Positions 19,804 through 31,224 are shown, numbered from the stretch's first letter. The stretch: 64,000 bases of DNA from Alphaproteobacteria bacterium (GCA_017528045.1 JAFXPG010000002.1:1516-65515), one strand, 5' to 3'. The notes: generated from the sequence alone by a model not told the origin. Translations and numbers: made by a program.

Positions 19804-22125
19804 ATGAAATGGAATTATGAATGGTTAAAACAATATTTAAAAACAGATTTAACCCCTGAACAGATTGCTGATAAATTAAACTTGATTGGTTTAGAGGTCG
19901 AAGATTTATACAATCCAGTTTTGCCGATTGCTGCAAAAATAGTTGAATGTGTTGCGCATCCAAACAGTGATCATTTACATGTATTAAAAGTAGATGATGG
20001 TTCTGGTGAATTACGCCAAGTTGTATGTGGTGCACCAAATGCACGTGTCGGTTTGGTGTCTGCTTTGGCTTTGCCAGGATGCAAAATTGGTGATATTACA
20101 ATTCAACCTGGAAAATTACGTGGCGTTGAATCAAATGGTATGATGTGTTCCGGTAAAGAATTGGGTATAAATGAAGATCACAGTGGTATCATAGAATTAG
20201 ATGAATCAAAAGAAGTTATTGGACAACCAATATCTGCTTTGTCTGGAACAGGTTCAGCTGTTTTTGAAACATCTATTACACCAAATCGTCCGGATTATTT
20301 ATCTGTACGTGGTATTGCGCTGGATTTAAGTGCTGCTGGGGTTGGTGATTATATAGAAAATAAAATAGATTTATTAAAATCTGTTTCTGGTGACAGAAAA
20401 GTAAATCTTTTAGCAAATGAAGCGTGTCCAACATATCGTTTCTGTGAAATTCATGGAATAAAAAATGCACCATCTGCCGAATATATTCAAAACAGATTAA
20501 AGTCTGCAGGGATAAATCCTAAAAATGCACCAATTGATGCCACTAATTATATTTGTTATGATTTGGCACAACCAATGCATTGTTTTGATGCAGACGAAAT
20601 TGTTGGCAATATAACTGTTCGTATGGCAGAAAATGGTGAAAAATTCACAGATTTATTTGGAAACGAACATGAATTATGCGATAAAGATTTGGTTATAACA
20701 GATGATGCTGGAATTTTAGCTTTGGCTGGTGTGGTTGGTGGTATGCGCGCCTCGACTACTGATAAAACACAAAACATTATTTTAGAATCTGCATATTTTA
20801 ACCCGGTATCTGTTCGTAAATCTTCAAAAAGACATGGAATATCAACAGATTCTTCTTACAGATATGAACGTGGTATAGATCCAGATGGAACATTGTCTGC
20901 TTTGTCGTTGGCTGCTGATATAATCATGAAACAATGTAGTGGTAAAATAGTAAACGTTGCTGGTGCTGGTCGTTTGTCATATACGCCAGAATCAGTGGTT
21001 TATAACCCAGATATGTTTGAAAAGAAAACAGGGATTAAGCTGGATGAAAATATTCAAAAAGATATTTTAACCAAATTACATTTTGATATAAAAAATAACA
21101 AAAATGGCGATTGGGTTATCACACCAACTTCACAACGTGTTGATGTTGTGATTCCAGAAAATATAGTTTCTGAATTAATACGTATTTATGGTTATGACAA
21201 AATCGGACATGATTCATTGCCAGAAAACACTATAAGTGTAATCCATAATGATGATAATTTGGCTTTGAAACAAAAACTATCAAATCGTGGTTTGAATGAA
21301 AGCGTTTCATTTAGTTTTGGTAATTCAAAAATCGAACAATTATTATCAGATAAACCAATTATAAAAGTTGCAAATCCAATAACTGTTGATATGGACACAG
21401 CACGTAATAATTTATTAGAAAATTTATTGATAGCTGTTTCTAATAATGAAAAACGTGGTTTTGCTGATTTGAATATGTTTGAATTAGGAACAGTTTTTGA
21501 TGGTGATGTGCCGGGACAACAACATACTTCGGTTTGTATTGTTCGCAGTGGTGAAACATCTCCAAAACATTGGATGAAACGCAACAGACCTGTTGATGTG
21601 TTTGATGTAAAGGCTGATTTGTTGTCTTTGTTGGGATCTCAAAAATTTACAATAGATACAACAAATGCACCACTTTGGGCGCATCCATACAGATATGGTA
21701 AAATCGTTCAAGGTAAAAAAGTGTTGGCCGAATTTGGTGAACTTCATCCAAGCGTTGCAAAACAATTACATATAAAAACAAAAGTAGTTGTTGGTTTGGT
21801 GGAAAATATTGAAAATTTGCCATTAAATCCAAAATACGCAAAAATTCCTATGACAGAATTTATGCCAATTACACGTGATTTTGCATTTGTAGTAGACAGT
21901 AATTTTGAATCTGAAAAAATAACGTCTACTGCGATTGCTAGTGACAGCATGATTTCAAAAGCTGTTATATTTGATTCTTTTGATATGGGTAATGGTCAAA
22001 AGTCTATAGCTTTCACAATAACAATTTATCCACAACAAAATATGTCGGATAAAGAATTATTAGAGATTCAAGATAAAGTAATAAAAAATATAGAATCAAA
22101 ATGTGGTGCAAAATTGCGCGCATAA
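19804..22125 (+). CDS. pheT: Phenylalanine--tRNA ligase beta subunit
   Basis: N-terminus MKWNYEWLKQYL, a tRNA-binding domain and B3/4 and B5 domains are present, following pheS. Confidence 0.9.
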   Translation: MKWNYEWLKQYLKTDLTPEQIADKLNLIGLEVEDLYNPVLPIAAKIVECVAHPNSDHLHVLKVDDGSGELRQVVCGAPNARVGLVSALALPGCKIGDITIQPGKLRGVESNGMMCSGKELGINEDHSGIIELDESKEVIGQPISALSGTGSAVFETSITPNRPDYLSVRGIALDLSAAGVGDYIENKIDLLKSVSGDRKVNLLANEACPTYRFCEIHGIKNAPSAEYIQNRLKSAGINPKNAPIDATNYICYDLAQPMHCFDADEIVGNITVRMAENGEKFTDLFGNEHELCDKDLVITDDAGILALAGVVGGMRASTTDKTQNIILESAYFNPVSVRKSSKRHGISTDSSYRYERGIDPDGTLSALSLAADIIMKQCSGKIVNVAGAGRLSYTPESVVYNPDMFEKKTGIKLDENIQKDILTKLHFDIKNNKNGDWVITPTSQRVDVVIPENIVSELIRIYGYDKIGHDSLPENTISVIHNDDNLALKQKLSNRGLNESVSFSFGNSKIEQLLSDKPIIKVANPITVDMDTARNNLLENLLIAVSNNEKRGFADLNMFELGTVFDGDVPGQQHTSVCIVRSGETSPKHWMKRNRPVDVFDVKADLLSLLGSQKFTIDTTNAPLWAHPYRYGKIVQGKKVLAEFGELHPSVAKQLHIKTKVVVGLVENIENLPLNPKYAKIPMTEFMPITRDFAFVVDSNFESEKITSTAIASDSMISKAVIFDSFDMGNGQKSIAFTITIYPQQNMSDKELLEIQDKVIKNIESKCGAKLRA

Positions 22126-22128
22126 TTA

Positions 22129-22160
22129 ATAAAAACACCGGCATTTGCCGGTGTTTTTAT
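22129..22160. terminator. Palindromic terminator element copy (AAAAACACCGGCATTTGCCGGTGTTTTT) between convergent pheT and the ORFan gene
   Basis: Member of the repeated hairpin family. It overlaps the stop codons of both flanking genes. Confidence 0.7.
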
Positions 22161-22837
22161 CTTTGTGCATTATTTGTTAATTCTAATATTTCTTGCATAT
22201 GAATTGATTCGCATATATCAATAATTTCTTTTGCTTCTTTGCCATAAAAAACATCTTGTTCTTTTTTTCTGATAAATGTTACACCAGATCCTTGAACTAA
22301 TTTATTATGTTTTTCGTATCCGTGTAATTGCATGTGTTTTGCTGAATTATAACATTCAACAATCCATTTTTTATATTTGATTTCTGTCGGGCCTAGAGAG
22401 TAAGAAAAAAGTTTAACATATGCAACACTGTATTCTGTTTTTGGTTCTGGTGAATTTTCAATAGATAAAACAGTGTCGGTAGAAGCAGCTAAACGTTTTG
22501 CTTTTTCAAACATTTTACCATGTTTAGTAATGCTTTGTACTTTTTCTTGTTCTTGTGTTAACAGATTATTTTGTTCTTTGATTCTTTGTTCGCAAATTTC
22601 ATATACTTTCATAAGGTTTGTATAATCGTTTGCTTTTACATATTGGGTTGGTTTTTTTCTGCGGTCTATAACAAAAAAAGTTTTTTCTGTAAAATTTAAA
22701 ATTATATCTAAAATATCTTTACCAATTGTATAAACTTTTTGGTCTGGACTTTTATGATTGTTTACAGCAGGAAAAACAACATTGTTATTTATAATATCAA
22801 TAATATCTTCATAATAATTGTTTGTTTTTGTAGACAT
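22157..22837 (-). CDS. Hypothetical protein (ORFan, 226 aa)
   Basis: Long ORF with plausible codon usage and no motif I recognise. It is 15 nt downstream of the 319-aa ORFan and likely co-transcribed with it. Confidence 0.5.
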   Translation of the reverse strand: MSTKTNNYYEDIIDIINNNVVFPAVNNHKSPDQKVYTIGKDILDIILNFTEKTFFVIDRRKKPTQYVKANDYTNLMKVYEICEQRIKEQNNLLTQEQEKVQSITKHGKMFEKAKRLAASTDTVLSIENSPEPKTEYSVAYVKLFSYSLGPTEIKYKKWIVECYNSAKHMQLHGYEKHNKLVQGSGVTFIRKKEQDVFYGKEAKEIIDICESIHMQEILELTNNAQR

Positions 22838-22852
22838 GTGTTTATTCTTTTC

Positions 22853-23812
22853 TTATTTGTTTTTGATAAAAATGTTATTAATGGCTTGTTTGTGTTCAGC
22901 AATTAATTCTAATTGTTGTTGTCTTAATTTTATAGCCTTAAAAACAGCTTCTATACTTTTTCTCGCAATTAATTGTGCAATTTGATGATAATTTCCTGTT
23001 TCTGGATTTTTGTAAAAAACTGTTAACAAAGCATGTCTGTTTTCAGCAGATTCTTCGTGATTGTTATAAGGAATTTCTACACTTTTACTGTAATAGAAAG
23101 CATAAATATTATCGCTTAATTTAATTTTTCTGTTTCTGAAAGCAGTTTTTTCTGGTAAAACCAAGCCCATAATAATAGCGTTTTTATCTGGTTTGTTTTC
23201 TATGTATCTGCTTTTTATTCCGTTTGATTTAGAAATGATTTCTAAAACAGTTTGTAGATCTTTGGATTCTAAATTTGCACCTTCTTCAGCAATTTGTTTT
23301 TCTTTTTCCAAACGTGTTCTTAATGCTTTTTGTTCTTGTTTTGTTTCTTTTTCTGTTTTTTTGACGGCAAGATAGTATTCTAAAGATTGATAACATTCTT
23401 TCCCTAAGTAATATATAGCATAAGGAAAAGACATACCGATAATAAAAGGTGTTGCTAAAACAGCTGCTTCAAAAGCAAAAGGATTGTGTTTAGCCCATTT
23501 CTTTTCATGACCGTTTGCGGTTATGTTTAAACCAAGTGTAGCGTAACTCATAAGTTTATATTCTGCGCGATATAATTTACGCATTTGATCTTCTGTTTTT
23601 TTGATAGATGTGTTTAAGTTTTCTATTTTTTTACAAATTATTTTTTCTTCTTCGCTAGCATTATCTGGTAAAACAGGTATACCATAGTTGTTAGTTAATA
23701 TAAATTTGCCAACGGAATTTGTTTGTTCAGCATATTTATCAAAAGTTTTATCTTTAGCTAATTCAAGAATGGCTTTTTTTGCCAGTAAATAAGAGTGAGC
23801 TATGACTGTCAT
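22853..23812 (-). CDS. Hypothetical protein (ORFan, 319 aa) with a central hydrophobic segment and coiled-coil region
   Basis: Long ORF with the hydrophobic stretch FEAAVLATPFIIGMSFPYAIYYL and the coiled coil KQEQKALRTRLEKEKQIAEE. No motif I recognise. Confidence 0.5.
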   Translation of the reverse strand: MTVIAHSYLLAKKAILELAKDKTFDKYAEQTNSVGKFILTNNYGIPVLPDNASEEEKIICKKIENLNTSIKKTEDQMRKLYRAEYKLMSYATLGLNITANGHEKKWAKHNPFAFEAAVLATPFIIGMSFPYAIYYLGKECYQSLEYYLAVKKTEKETKQEQKALRTRLEKEKQIAEEGANLESKDLQTVLEIISKSNGIKSRYIENKPDKNAIIMGLVLPEKTAFRNRKIKLSDNIYAFYYSKSVEIPYNNHEESAENRHALLTVFYKNPETGNYHQIAQLIARKSIEAVFKAIKLRQQQLELIAEHKQAINNIFIKNK

Positions 23813-24055
23813 CTTTAATCCTTTTGTTTTTTATGTGTTTTATTATAGACAATATATTTTGTTTGTCAAGTTATAATATTGAATATTATTTTTGTGTAAA
23901 TAAATGTTATGTGAAAGCTTGATTTTGTGTAAAAATCATTGTATAAATAGCTGTATGAAAACAAACACAATAATTATTATTAAATAAACGGTACTGCGCT
24001 TTGGCGTAAGTCCGGGGCGCGTAAGGCGCCATTTTTAATATAAAAGGTTTAAAAA

Positions 24056-27000
24056 ATGTCATATAAAAAAACAGAACCAAAGGCTAATTTTTCACAAATA
24101 GAACATGAAGTTCTTAATTTTTGGCGTGAAAATGATACTTTTCACAAATCTTTGAATAAAACAAAAATGGGTGAACCTTTTAATTTTTATGATGGTCCTC
24201 CTTTTGCTAATGGTTTACCACATTGGGGACATTTAGGTGTATCAGCCATTAAAGACATGGTTTCTCGTTTTCAAACTATGCGTGGAAAACATGTTGTTCG
24301 TGAACTTGGTTGGGATTGTCATGGATTACCAGCAGAAAATTCTGTTGAAAAAAAACAAGGTCGCACCGCAAAAGATATTGTTGCTAATGATGGTATTGCT
24401 GTTTTTTGTGATATGTGTCGTAGTGATGTAATGCAATATATGAATGAATGGTTGCGTTATTTTGAAAGAATTGGTCGTTGGGTTGATGGTGGTGATAATT
24501 TTGGTTATCGCACCATGGATAAAAATTATATGGAATCTGTAATTTGGGCATTGAAAAAATTATATGACAAAGGTCTGCTGTATAAAGATTTTAAAGTTAA
24601 TCCATACGATTGGAAACTTGGAACTGTTTTATCAAACAGTGAAGCATCCAGCGAATATCAAGATATTGTTGATGATACTGTGACAATATGGTTTGAATTA
24701 GAAAATGGTGACAGAGCTATTGCTTGGACAACAACACCATGGACGTTGCCAGCAAATTCAGCACTAGCAGTTAATCCAAATATGGTATATGTACGTATGC
24801 GTCATGCAGATGGTAATGTATATGTTTTGGCAGAATCTCGTTTAAAAGCATATGAAAAAGTTTTTGGTGAATCTGAAAATCTGGGAAAAATAACAGGTAA
24901 AGATTTAGTTGGTCTGCATTATAAACCAATATTTAATTATTATGAAAATTCTGATCCTTTATTACACCAAATAATTGCTGCAGATTATGTCAGTGATGGT
25001 GATGGTACAGGTATTGTTCATATCGCTCCTGCTTTTGGTGAAGACGATTATTTGGCAGCAAAAGCATTGGATGATAAGTTTCCTGTGATATTAAATGTTG
25101 ATGATTATGGTAATTTTGATAGTTCTGTAAAAGATTGGGCCGGTGAAAATATATTTGAAGCTAATCCAAAAATTATAGAATGGTTGAAACAAAATGGAAT
25201 TTTGGTTAAAAAAGATCAACATAAACACAGTTATCCTTTTGGTCCACGTAGTCATGAAAAATTAATATATCGTGCAACTGATGCTTGGTATGTTGATGTT
25301 CCAAAAATTCGTGAACGTTTGGTGGAAATAACAAAAGAAGAAACAAATTGGACTAGTGCTGGTAATCGTTTTATGTCTTGGATTGAAAATGCTCGTCCTT
25401 GGGGCATTTCTAGAAACAGATTCTGGGGGGTTCCATTACCAATTTGGGAAAAAAATGGCGAATACAAAATATTTGGTTCTATCAAAGAAATGGAAGATTT
25501 TTTTGGTGTAGAAATAAAAGATTTACATCGTCCAACACTGGATGCATTAACAAAAGATGGTTGGCATCGTATAGTTGATGTCTTAGATTGTTGGTTTGAA
25601 AGTGGTTCTATGCCTTTTGCACAATTGCATTATCCATTTGAAAATTCTGATAAGTTTGAAAAAAATTTCCCAGCAGATTATATTATTGAAGGTCAAGATC
25701 AAACACGTGGCTGGTTCTATTTATTGATGGTTATGGCGGTTGCTTTATTTGATAAACCTGCTTTCAAGACTGTGTCTGTAAATGGTATGATTTGTGATGA
25801 ACAAAAACGTAAATTTTCAAAATCTTTACATAATTATGTTGACCCAAGTGAACAATTGGAAACATATGGTGCAGATGCAATACGTTTGTTTATCCAAGGC
25901 AGCAATTTTATGAAAGCTGAATCAGTTGGTGTTGATAAAGAAGGTCGTGTATTTAATGATACTATCAAAACAATATTAACACCGCTTTGGAATGCATATC
26001 ATTTCTTTACATTATATGCTAATGCAGGAAACATAACAGTTGAACACGAACCAGATGGTGAAAATTTATTAGATAAGTATATTTTATCTGAATTAAACGA
26101 ATTAGTTAAAATAACAACTTCTGCTTTAAGTGAATATAAACCAGATATTGCTGTGAAAGAATTTGTTCGTTTCTTGGATATATTAAATAATTGGTACATT
26201 CGTCGTAATCGTGACAGATTTTGGGATGAAGATACATCTGCGTTTGAAACATTGCATTATGTGTTGGTAACATTTTGTAAATTATTGGCACCATTTGCAC
26301 CGTTTATTTCTGAATATATATTCAAAAATTTATCTGGTGCGGAATCTGTGCATTTACAAGATTGGCCAAATGCTTCCGAAACAGATATGTCTGTATTGGA
26401 AAATATGCGTCGTGTTCAAATGATAGTATCTGTTGGTAAACAATTGCGTGAACAATATAAATTACGTAATCGTTTGCCATTGGCAGATGCAACAATTGCT
26501 GGCGTTGATATGAATGAATATGGTGATATTATTCGCGATGAATTAAATATCAAAGAAATCAAGTTTGTCGATAATATTAAAACATTGGCTGATTCTTTTG
26601 TGTATTTAATAACACCAAAAATCGGTGCACGTCTTGGTGGTGCTTTGAAAGACATTATACCAGCTGTAAAACGAGGTGAATATACTTTAGATGGAGATAA
26701 ATTGGTTGTTGGTGATAATGTTTTATTACCAGACGAATTTGAAAATCGTTTAACTGTTAAAGAAGGTGTCACAGGGGCTGCTTTGCCAGATAATACAGCT
26801 GTGGTTGTTTTGAATACAGAAATTAACAGTGAATTGGTAGCAGAAGGCTTAGTAAATGATGCTTTGCGTTTCATCCAAGATTCACGTAAATCTGCTGGTT
26901 TAGATGTGTCAGACAGAATAAAATTAACATATTCTGCTGATATTGCATTATATAATGCCATAGAAGCACACAAAAAACGTATAATGCATGATGCGTTAAT

Positions 27001-27091
27001 TGTTGAAATGAATTCTGGAAATGCAGAACAGTTTACTGCTGAAATAGAAGGTTATAATTTTGCAATTGATATAGAAAAAATAAATGGCTAA
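24056..27091 (+). CDS. ileS: Isoleucine--tRNA ligase (eukaryote-like type 2)
   Basis: HIGH-type motif PPFANGLPHWGHLG, KMSKS motif KFSKS and about 1000 aa. Confidence 0.9.
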   Translation: MSYKKTEPKANFSQIEHEVLNFWRENDTFHKSLNKTKMGEPFNFYDGPPFANGLPHWGHLGVSAIKDMVSRFQTMRGKHVVRELGWDCHGLPAENSVEKKQGRTAKDIVANDGIAVFCDMCRSDVMQYMNEWLRYFERIGRWVDGGDNFGYRTMDKNYMESVIWALKKLYDKGLLYKDFKVNPYDWKLGTVLSNSEASSEYQDIVDDTVTIWFELENGDRAIAWTTTPWTLPANSALAVNPNMVYVRMRHADGNVYVLAESRLKAYEKVFGESENLGKITGKDLVGLHYKPIFNYYENSDPLLHQIIAADYVSDGDGTGIVHIAPAFGEDDYLAAKALDDKFPVILNVDDYGNFDSSVKDWAGENIFEANPKIIEWLKQNGILVKKDQHKHSYPFGPRSHEKLIYRATDAWYVDVPKIRERLVEITKEETNWTSAGNRFMSWIENARPWGISRNRFWGVPLPIWEKNGEYKIFGSIKEMEDFFGVEIKDLHRPTLDALTKDGWHRIVDVLDCWFESGSMPFAQLHYPFENSDKFEKNFPADYIIEGQDQTRGWFYLLMVMAVALFDKPAFKTVSVNGMICDEQKRKFSKSLHNYVDPSEQLETYGADAIRLFIQGSNFMKAESVGVDKEGRVFNDTIKTILTPLWNAYHFFTLYANAGNITVEHEPDGENLLDKYILSELNELVKITTSALSEYKPDIAVKEFVRFLDILNNWYIRRNRDRFWDEDTSAFETLHYVLVTFCKLLAPFAPFISEYIFKNLSGAESVHLQDWPNASETDMSVLENMRRVQMIVSVGKQLREQYKLRNRLPLADATIAGVDMNEYGDIIRDELNIKEIKFVDNIKTLADSFVYLITPKIGARLGGALKDIIPAVKRGEYTLDGDKLVVGDNVLLPDEFENRLTVKEGVTGAALPDNTAVVVLNTEINSELVAEGLVNDALRFIQDSRKSAGLDVSDRIKLTYSADIALYNAIEAHKKRIMHDALIVEMNSGNAEQFTAEIEGYNFAIDIEKING

Positions 27092-27758
27092 ACAGAAAAT
27101 AACTCTTACGCCGGATATTTATTTTGAAAATGTTTGTCCAACATTGAATATGGATATCCGGTCTGAATTATATTCAACAAATGAATTTACTTTTGCGGTG
27201 GCTGTGATTTTGTCTGCCCAGGCAACAGATAAGAAAGTAAATGAAGTTACACCTGAACTTTTTAAAGTCGCACCAACCCCAGATAAAATGTTAAAGCTGG
27301 GGTTGGACGGTTTAAAAAAGCACATCAGGGTTATTTCTTTCTTTAATAACAAAGCTGATAATATAATCAAATTATCGCAACAGTTAAAAGATGAAAACAG
27401 CGACAATATAAACTATAAATTTCCACAAAAATATCATAATCGCGCAGAGTTAATGAAATTGGCAGGTATCGGACAAAAAACTGCAAATGTTGTTATGAAC
27501 GTTTTATGGAATGCACCAAATATAGGTGTTGATACACATGTTTTTCGTAATTCACACAGGTATGGTTGGTGTGATGAATCAGAAAATACTCCAGAAAAAG
27601 TTGAAGAAAAATTATTAAAAATAATACCACAAAAATACCATTCAATGGTAAACCATGTTATGGTTTTACATGGTCGTTATACTTGTAAAGCTTTGCGACC
27701 AGATTGCGAACATTGTCCTGTAAACAAATGGTGTAATTCAAAAGATAAAAGAATATAA
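27084..27758 (+). CDS. nth: Endonuclease III
   Basis: HhH-GPD motif LAGIGQKTANVVM and the 4Fe-4S cluster loop CKALRPDCEHCPVNKWC are present. It overlaps ileS by 8 nt. Confidence 0.9.
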   Translation: MAKQKITLTPDIYFENVCPTLNMDIRSELYSTNEFTFAVAVILSAQATDKKVNEVTPELFKVAPTPDKMLKLGLDGLKKHIRVISFFNNKADNIIKLSQQLKDENSDNINYKFPQKYHNRAELMKLAGIGQKTANVVMNVLWNAPNIGVDTHVFRNSHRYGWCDESENTPEKVEEKLLKIIPQKYHSMVNHVMVLHGRYTCKALRPDCEHCPVNKWCNSKDKRI

Positions 27759-27790
27759 AAAAATACCGGTAAATGCCGGTGTTTTTTTTG
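27757..27790. terminator. Palindromic terminator element copy (AAAAAATACCGGTAAATGCCGGTGTTTTTTTT) between nth and tRNA-Thr
   Basis: Repeat family member, starting at the nth stop codon. Confidence 0.7.
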
Positions 27791-27866
27791 TGGTGCCGGT
27801 TATAGGATTTGAACCTACGACCCCCTCATTACGAATGAGATGCTCTACCAACTGAGCTAAACCGGC
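27791..27866 (-). tRNA. tRNA-Thr (anticodon CGU)
   Basis: Cloverleaf on the minus strand: acceptor GCCGGTT/AACCGGC, D-arm AGCTCAGTTGGTAGAGC, anticodon loop TTCGTAA, T-arm GGTTCAAATCC and an encoded CCA. Confidence 0.8.
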
Positions 27867-27891
27867 GCTAAAAGGATATTAGTATATATCT

Positions 27892-29544
27892 TTATTTATT
27901 TCCACTTTTAATTTTGCGAACAACAACCATTATTCCAGCCGGTGTCATCCCAGGAATTCTGGATAAACCAGCAACATTTTGTGGACGAGTTTTGGTTAAT
28001 TTTTCAACCAATTCATTTGTTAAACCTGATAAAGATTTATAATCAAAATCATTTGGTATTTTTAATTCGCTGTCTTTTTTATAATTTGATATTTCACGTT
28101 CGTTTCTGGATATATATCCGGCATAAAATTTGTCGTTTTCGTGTGCTGTATCAATTCTTATATTATAGATTAGATTATATGTATCTGATGTTATTAAATT
28201 TAATTTCTTAGCTAATTCACCCAATCTTAATATTGCATTATCTGCACGTAAATTAAGTCTGTATTCAGCACGTGATGTAAACATACGATATGGTTCATCT
28301 ACACCAAGGGTTGTTATATCATCAATCAAAACCCCTATCATAGAATTTGTTCTGTCAATGATTAATGGTTCAATGTTTAATGCGGCGGCGGCTGCATTTG
28401 CGCCAGCAATTAAACCTTGGGCAGCAGCTTCTTCGTAACCTGATGTACCATTAATTTGCCCGGCAAAAAATAAACCAGATATATCTTTTGATTCCAATGT
28501 AGATTTTAATGCACGTGCATCAATTGCATCATATTCAATAGCATAACCATAACGTGCTATGCGTGCATTTTCTAATCCTGGTATTGTGCGAATCCATTTG
28601 TCTTGGATGTCAGCACCAAAAGATGTCGATATTCCATTTGGGTAAATTAAATCACTGCCCCAACCTTCTGGTTCTAAAAATACGTGATGTGTTTTGTGTT
28701 CTGGAAAGCGCATAACCTTGTCTTCTAGCGAAGGACAATATCTTGGCCCCAGACCACGTATATCACCATTATACATTGGTGCATTTTTTATGTTTTCACG
28801 TATAATTTCATGTGTTGTTTCATTTGTATGTGTTATGAAACATTTATCATTATAATTATTGTTTTTATCACCAATACCAAACCAGTCATGTGGATTGTCA
28901 CCGGGTTGTTCTTCACATACAGAAAAATCAATACTGTCACGATATATACGTGCAGGAGTTCCTGTTTTTAATCTTAATAATTCAAAACCTGCATCTTTTA
29001 ATACATCAGAAATATGTGAATCGTTTTTTTGATATTCACCATTATCCATCAAACGACCAGATTGAATTTTTTCATTTCCGCGTGTAACAAGTCCACCAAG
29101 AAAAGTACCAGTTGTTAAAACGATGGACGTAGCAGAATATTGATGGTTTACAATTTTATTTTTTAAATCTAAATCAAAAACAGATTCAAAAACGACGTCT
29201 AAATTATTTGTGTTTTTTAAAATTTTCATTACAGCATCATGGTAAAATTTACGGTCTATTTGTGCTCGTAATGCCTGAGTTGCTGCACCATGTGTTGAAT
29301 TTAATGTTCTCCAATGAATACCGGCACTGTCCGCAGCATTTGGCATAATACCGCCGAATACAGCCATTTCTGCAACCATTTGTGATTTTCCAGGGCCACC
29401 AATAGATGGGTTACAAGACATTGCCCCAATATCACTTTCTTGCATTGTTAAAAGCAAAGTTTTTGCACCACGACGTGCAGATGCAGCCGCGGCTTCTGTA
29501 CCAGCGTGTCCACCACCAATAACAATCACATCAAATTTGGTCAT
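27892..29544 (-). CDS. mnmG: tRNA uridine 5-carboxymethylaminomethyl modification enzyme MnmG (GidA)
   Basis: FAD-binding motif [17 protein letters not shown] and the MnmG-specific C-terminus are present. Start set at MTKFD to avoid overlap with fabG. Confidence 0.9.
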   Translation of the reverse strand: MTKFDVIVIGGGHAGTEAAAASARRGAKTLLLTMQESDIGAMSCNPSIGGPGKSQMVAEMAVFGGIMPNAADSAGIHWRTLNSTHGAATQALRAQIDRKFYHDAVMKILKNTNNLDVVFESVFDLDLKNKIVNHQYSATSIVLTTGTFLGGLVTRGNEKIQSGRLMDNGEYQKNDSHISDVLKDAGFELLRLKTGTPARIYRDSIDFSVCEEQPGDNPHDWFGIGDKNNNYNDKCFITHTNETTHEIIRENIKNAPMYNGDIRGLGPRYCPSLEDKVMRFPEHKTHHVFLEPEGWGSDLIYPNGISTSFGADIQDKWIRTIPGLENARIARYGYAIEYDAIDARALKSTLESKDISGLFFAGQINGTSGYEEAAAQGLIAGANAAAAALNIEPLIIDRTNSMIGVLIDDITTLGVDEPYRMFTSRAEYRLNLRADNAILRLGELAKKLNLITSDTYNLIYNIRIDTAHENDKFYAGYISRNEREISNYKKDSELKIPNDFDYKSLSGLTNELVEKLTKTRPQNVAGLSRIPGMTPAGIMVVVRKIKSGNK

Positions 29545-29545
29545 T

Positions 29546-30271
29546 TTAGAACCTTCCCATTCCACCATTTACATGAATTGTTTGACCATTAATATAAGAA
29601 GCTTCGTCACTTGCTAAAAATACGCAAACATTTGCAACATCTGTTGGTTCTCCAAAACGACCTGCTGGTATTTGAGATAAATAAGTTTTCTTTAAATCTT
29701 CGCTTAAAACATCTGTCATAGGTGTTTGAATAAAACCTGGTGCAATAGCGTTTGCTGTTATTCCACGGGAAGCAACTTCTGCTGCAATAGATTTTGTTAA
29801 TGCGATAATACCACCTTTGCTTGCTGCATAATTTGTTTGTCCCATACCACCAACAACACCAACTATGGATGCCATATTTATAATACGTCCGAATCTTTGT
29901 TTCATCATTGGCATAATAACTGCACGGCACATTTTAAAAGTTGCACGTAAATTAGTATTTATTACATCATCAAATTGTTCGTCACTCATGCGCATTAATA
30001 AAGTATCTTTTGTGATACCGGCATTGTTAACTAAAATATCAATACGACCAGTTTTTTCAATTGTGTCAGCTATTAGTTTTTCCGCAGCACCATCAACAGA
30101 TAAATCAGATTGAATTTTTATAAAACCATCATCAAATCCAGATAATTTTTCCAAATTACGACCTGTTACAACAACAGTTGCCCCGGCGTTTTTCATTTGA
30201 TTTGCAATAGCACCGCCAATTCCACCTGTGGCACCTGTGATTAAAACGACTTTATCTTTTAATTCAAACAT
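29546..30271 (-). CDS. fabG: 3-oxoacyl-[ACP] reductase
   Basis: SDR motifs [19 protein letters not shown] and YAASK are present. Confidence 0.85.
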   Translation of the reverse strand: MFELKDKVVLITGATGGIGGAIANQMKNAGATVVVTGRNLEKLSGFDDGFIKIQSDLSVDGAAEKLIADTIEKTGRIDILVNNAGITKDTLLMRMSDEQFDDVINTNLRATFKMCRAVIMPMMKQRFGRIINMASIVGVVGGMGQTNYAASKGGIIALTKSIAAEVASRGITANAIAPGFIQTPMTDVLSEDLKKTYLSQIPAGRFGEPTDVANVCVFLASDEASYINGQTIHVNGGMGRF

Positions 30272-30272
30272 T

Positions 30273-31166
30273 TTATATCTCCAATTTATGAGTGTTTATT
30301 TTATCTGTTGTGCGATTAACCAAACCTGTTAAAGCATTTCCTGGACCTATTTCTGTTAAATTATCAATACCCATATCAACCATAGATAATACAGATTCAC
30401 GCCAACGAACACCATGTGTAATTTGATAAATCAAAGATTCTTTGATTTCATTAACATCATTCATAGGTTCACAAGTTTTGTTTGAAATAATAGGAACAAC
30501 AGGCTTTTTTATTTCTATCTTATCCAATGCGTCACGCATAATTTCAACAACAGGCAACATTAATCTTGAATGTGGCGGAACAGATAATGCTAATTTCATG
30601 GCACGTCTGGCACCATGTTCTTTTGCTATTTCCATTGCTTTTTCAATTGCTTCGTTTGCACCTGATATAACAATTTGTCCTGGACAATTATCATTTGCGA
30701 TATCACAAACAAGACCTGTTTGTTTTTCAGCTGTTTCACAAACAGATTTTAAATCTTCAATTTCCATACCTAAAATGACAGCCATGGCACCCTGACCTGC
30801 TGGGACAGCATTTTGCATAGATTTTCCACGTAAACGTACCAATTTAATCGCATCTGTTAAAGATATAGAACCAGCAACACAAAGTGCTGTATATTCTCCC
30901 AATGAATGTCCGGCTACATAATCAGCCATAGGAATTTTTGCAGCACGAAACATTGCAACACTGGTTGCTAATATTGCAGGTTGAACGTTTTCGGTCATAG
31001 TCAAAGTTTCCATAGGGCCATTAAAAATAATATCTGATAATTTTTCGCCCAAGGCATTGTCCATTTCATCAAACACAGCACGCGCATCATTGTTATTTTT
31101 ATATAATTCATATCCCATACCAACAGTTTGGGAACCTTGACCTGGGAAAACATAAACAGATGACAT
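30273..31166 (-). CDS. fabD: Malonyl-CoA:ACP transacylase
   Basis: GQGSQ at the N-terminus and the active-site GHSLGEY. Confidence 0.9.
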   Translation of the reverse strand: MSSVYVFPGQGSQTVGMGYELYKNNNDARAVFDEMDNALGEKLSDIIFNGPMETLTMTENVQPAILATSVAMFRAAKIPMADYVAGHSLGEYTALCVAGSISLTDAIKLVRLRGKSMQNAVPAGQGAMAVILGMEIEDLKSVCETAEKQTGLVCDIANDNCPGQIVISGANEAIEKAMEIAKEHGARRAMKLALSVPPHSRLMLPVVEIMRDALDKIEIKKPVVPIISNKTCEPMNDVNEIKESLIYQITHGVRWRESVLSMVDMGIDNLTEIGPGNALTGLVNRTTDKINTHKLEI

Positions 31167-31224
31167 ATTTGTCCTTTTTTTATATCAATAAAATTATAGA
31201 AGATTAATCCCAAAAATCAAATAA

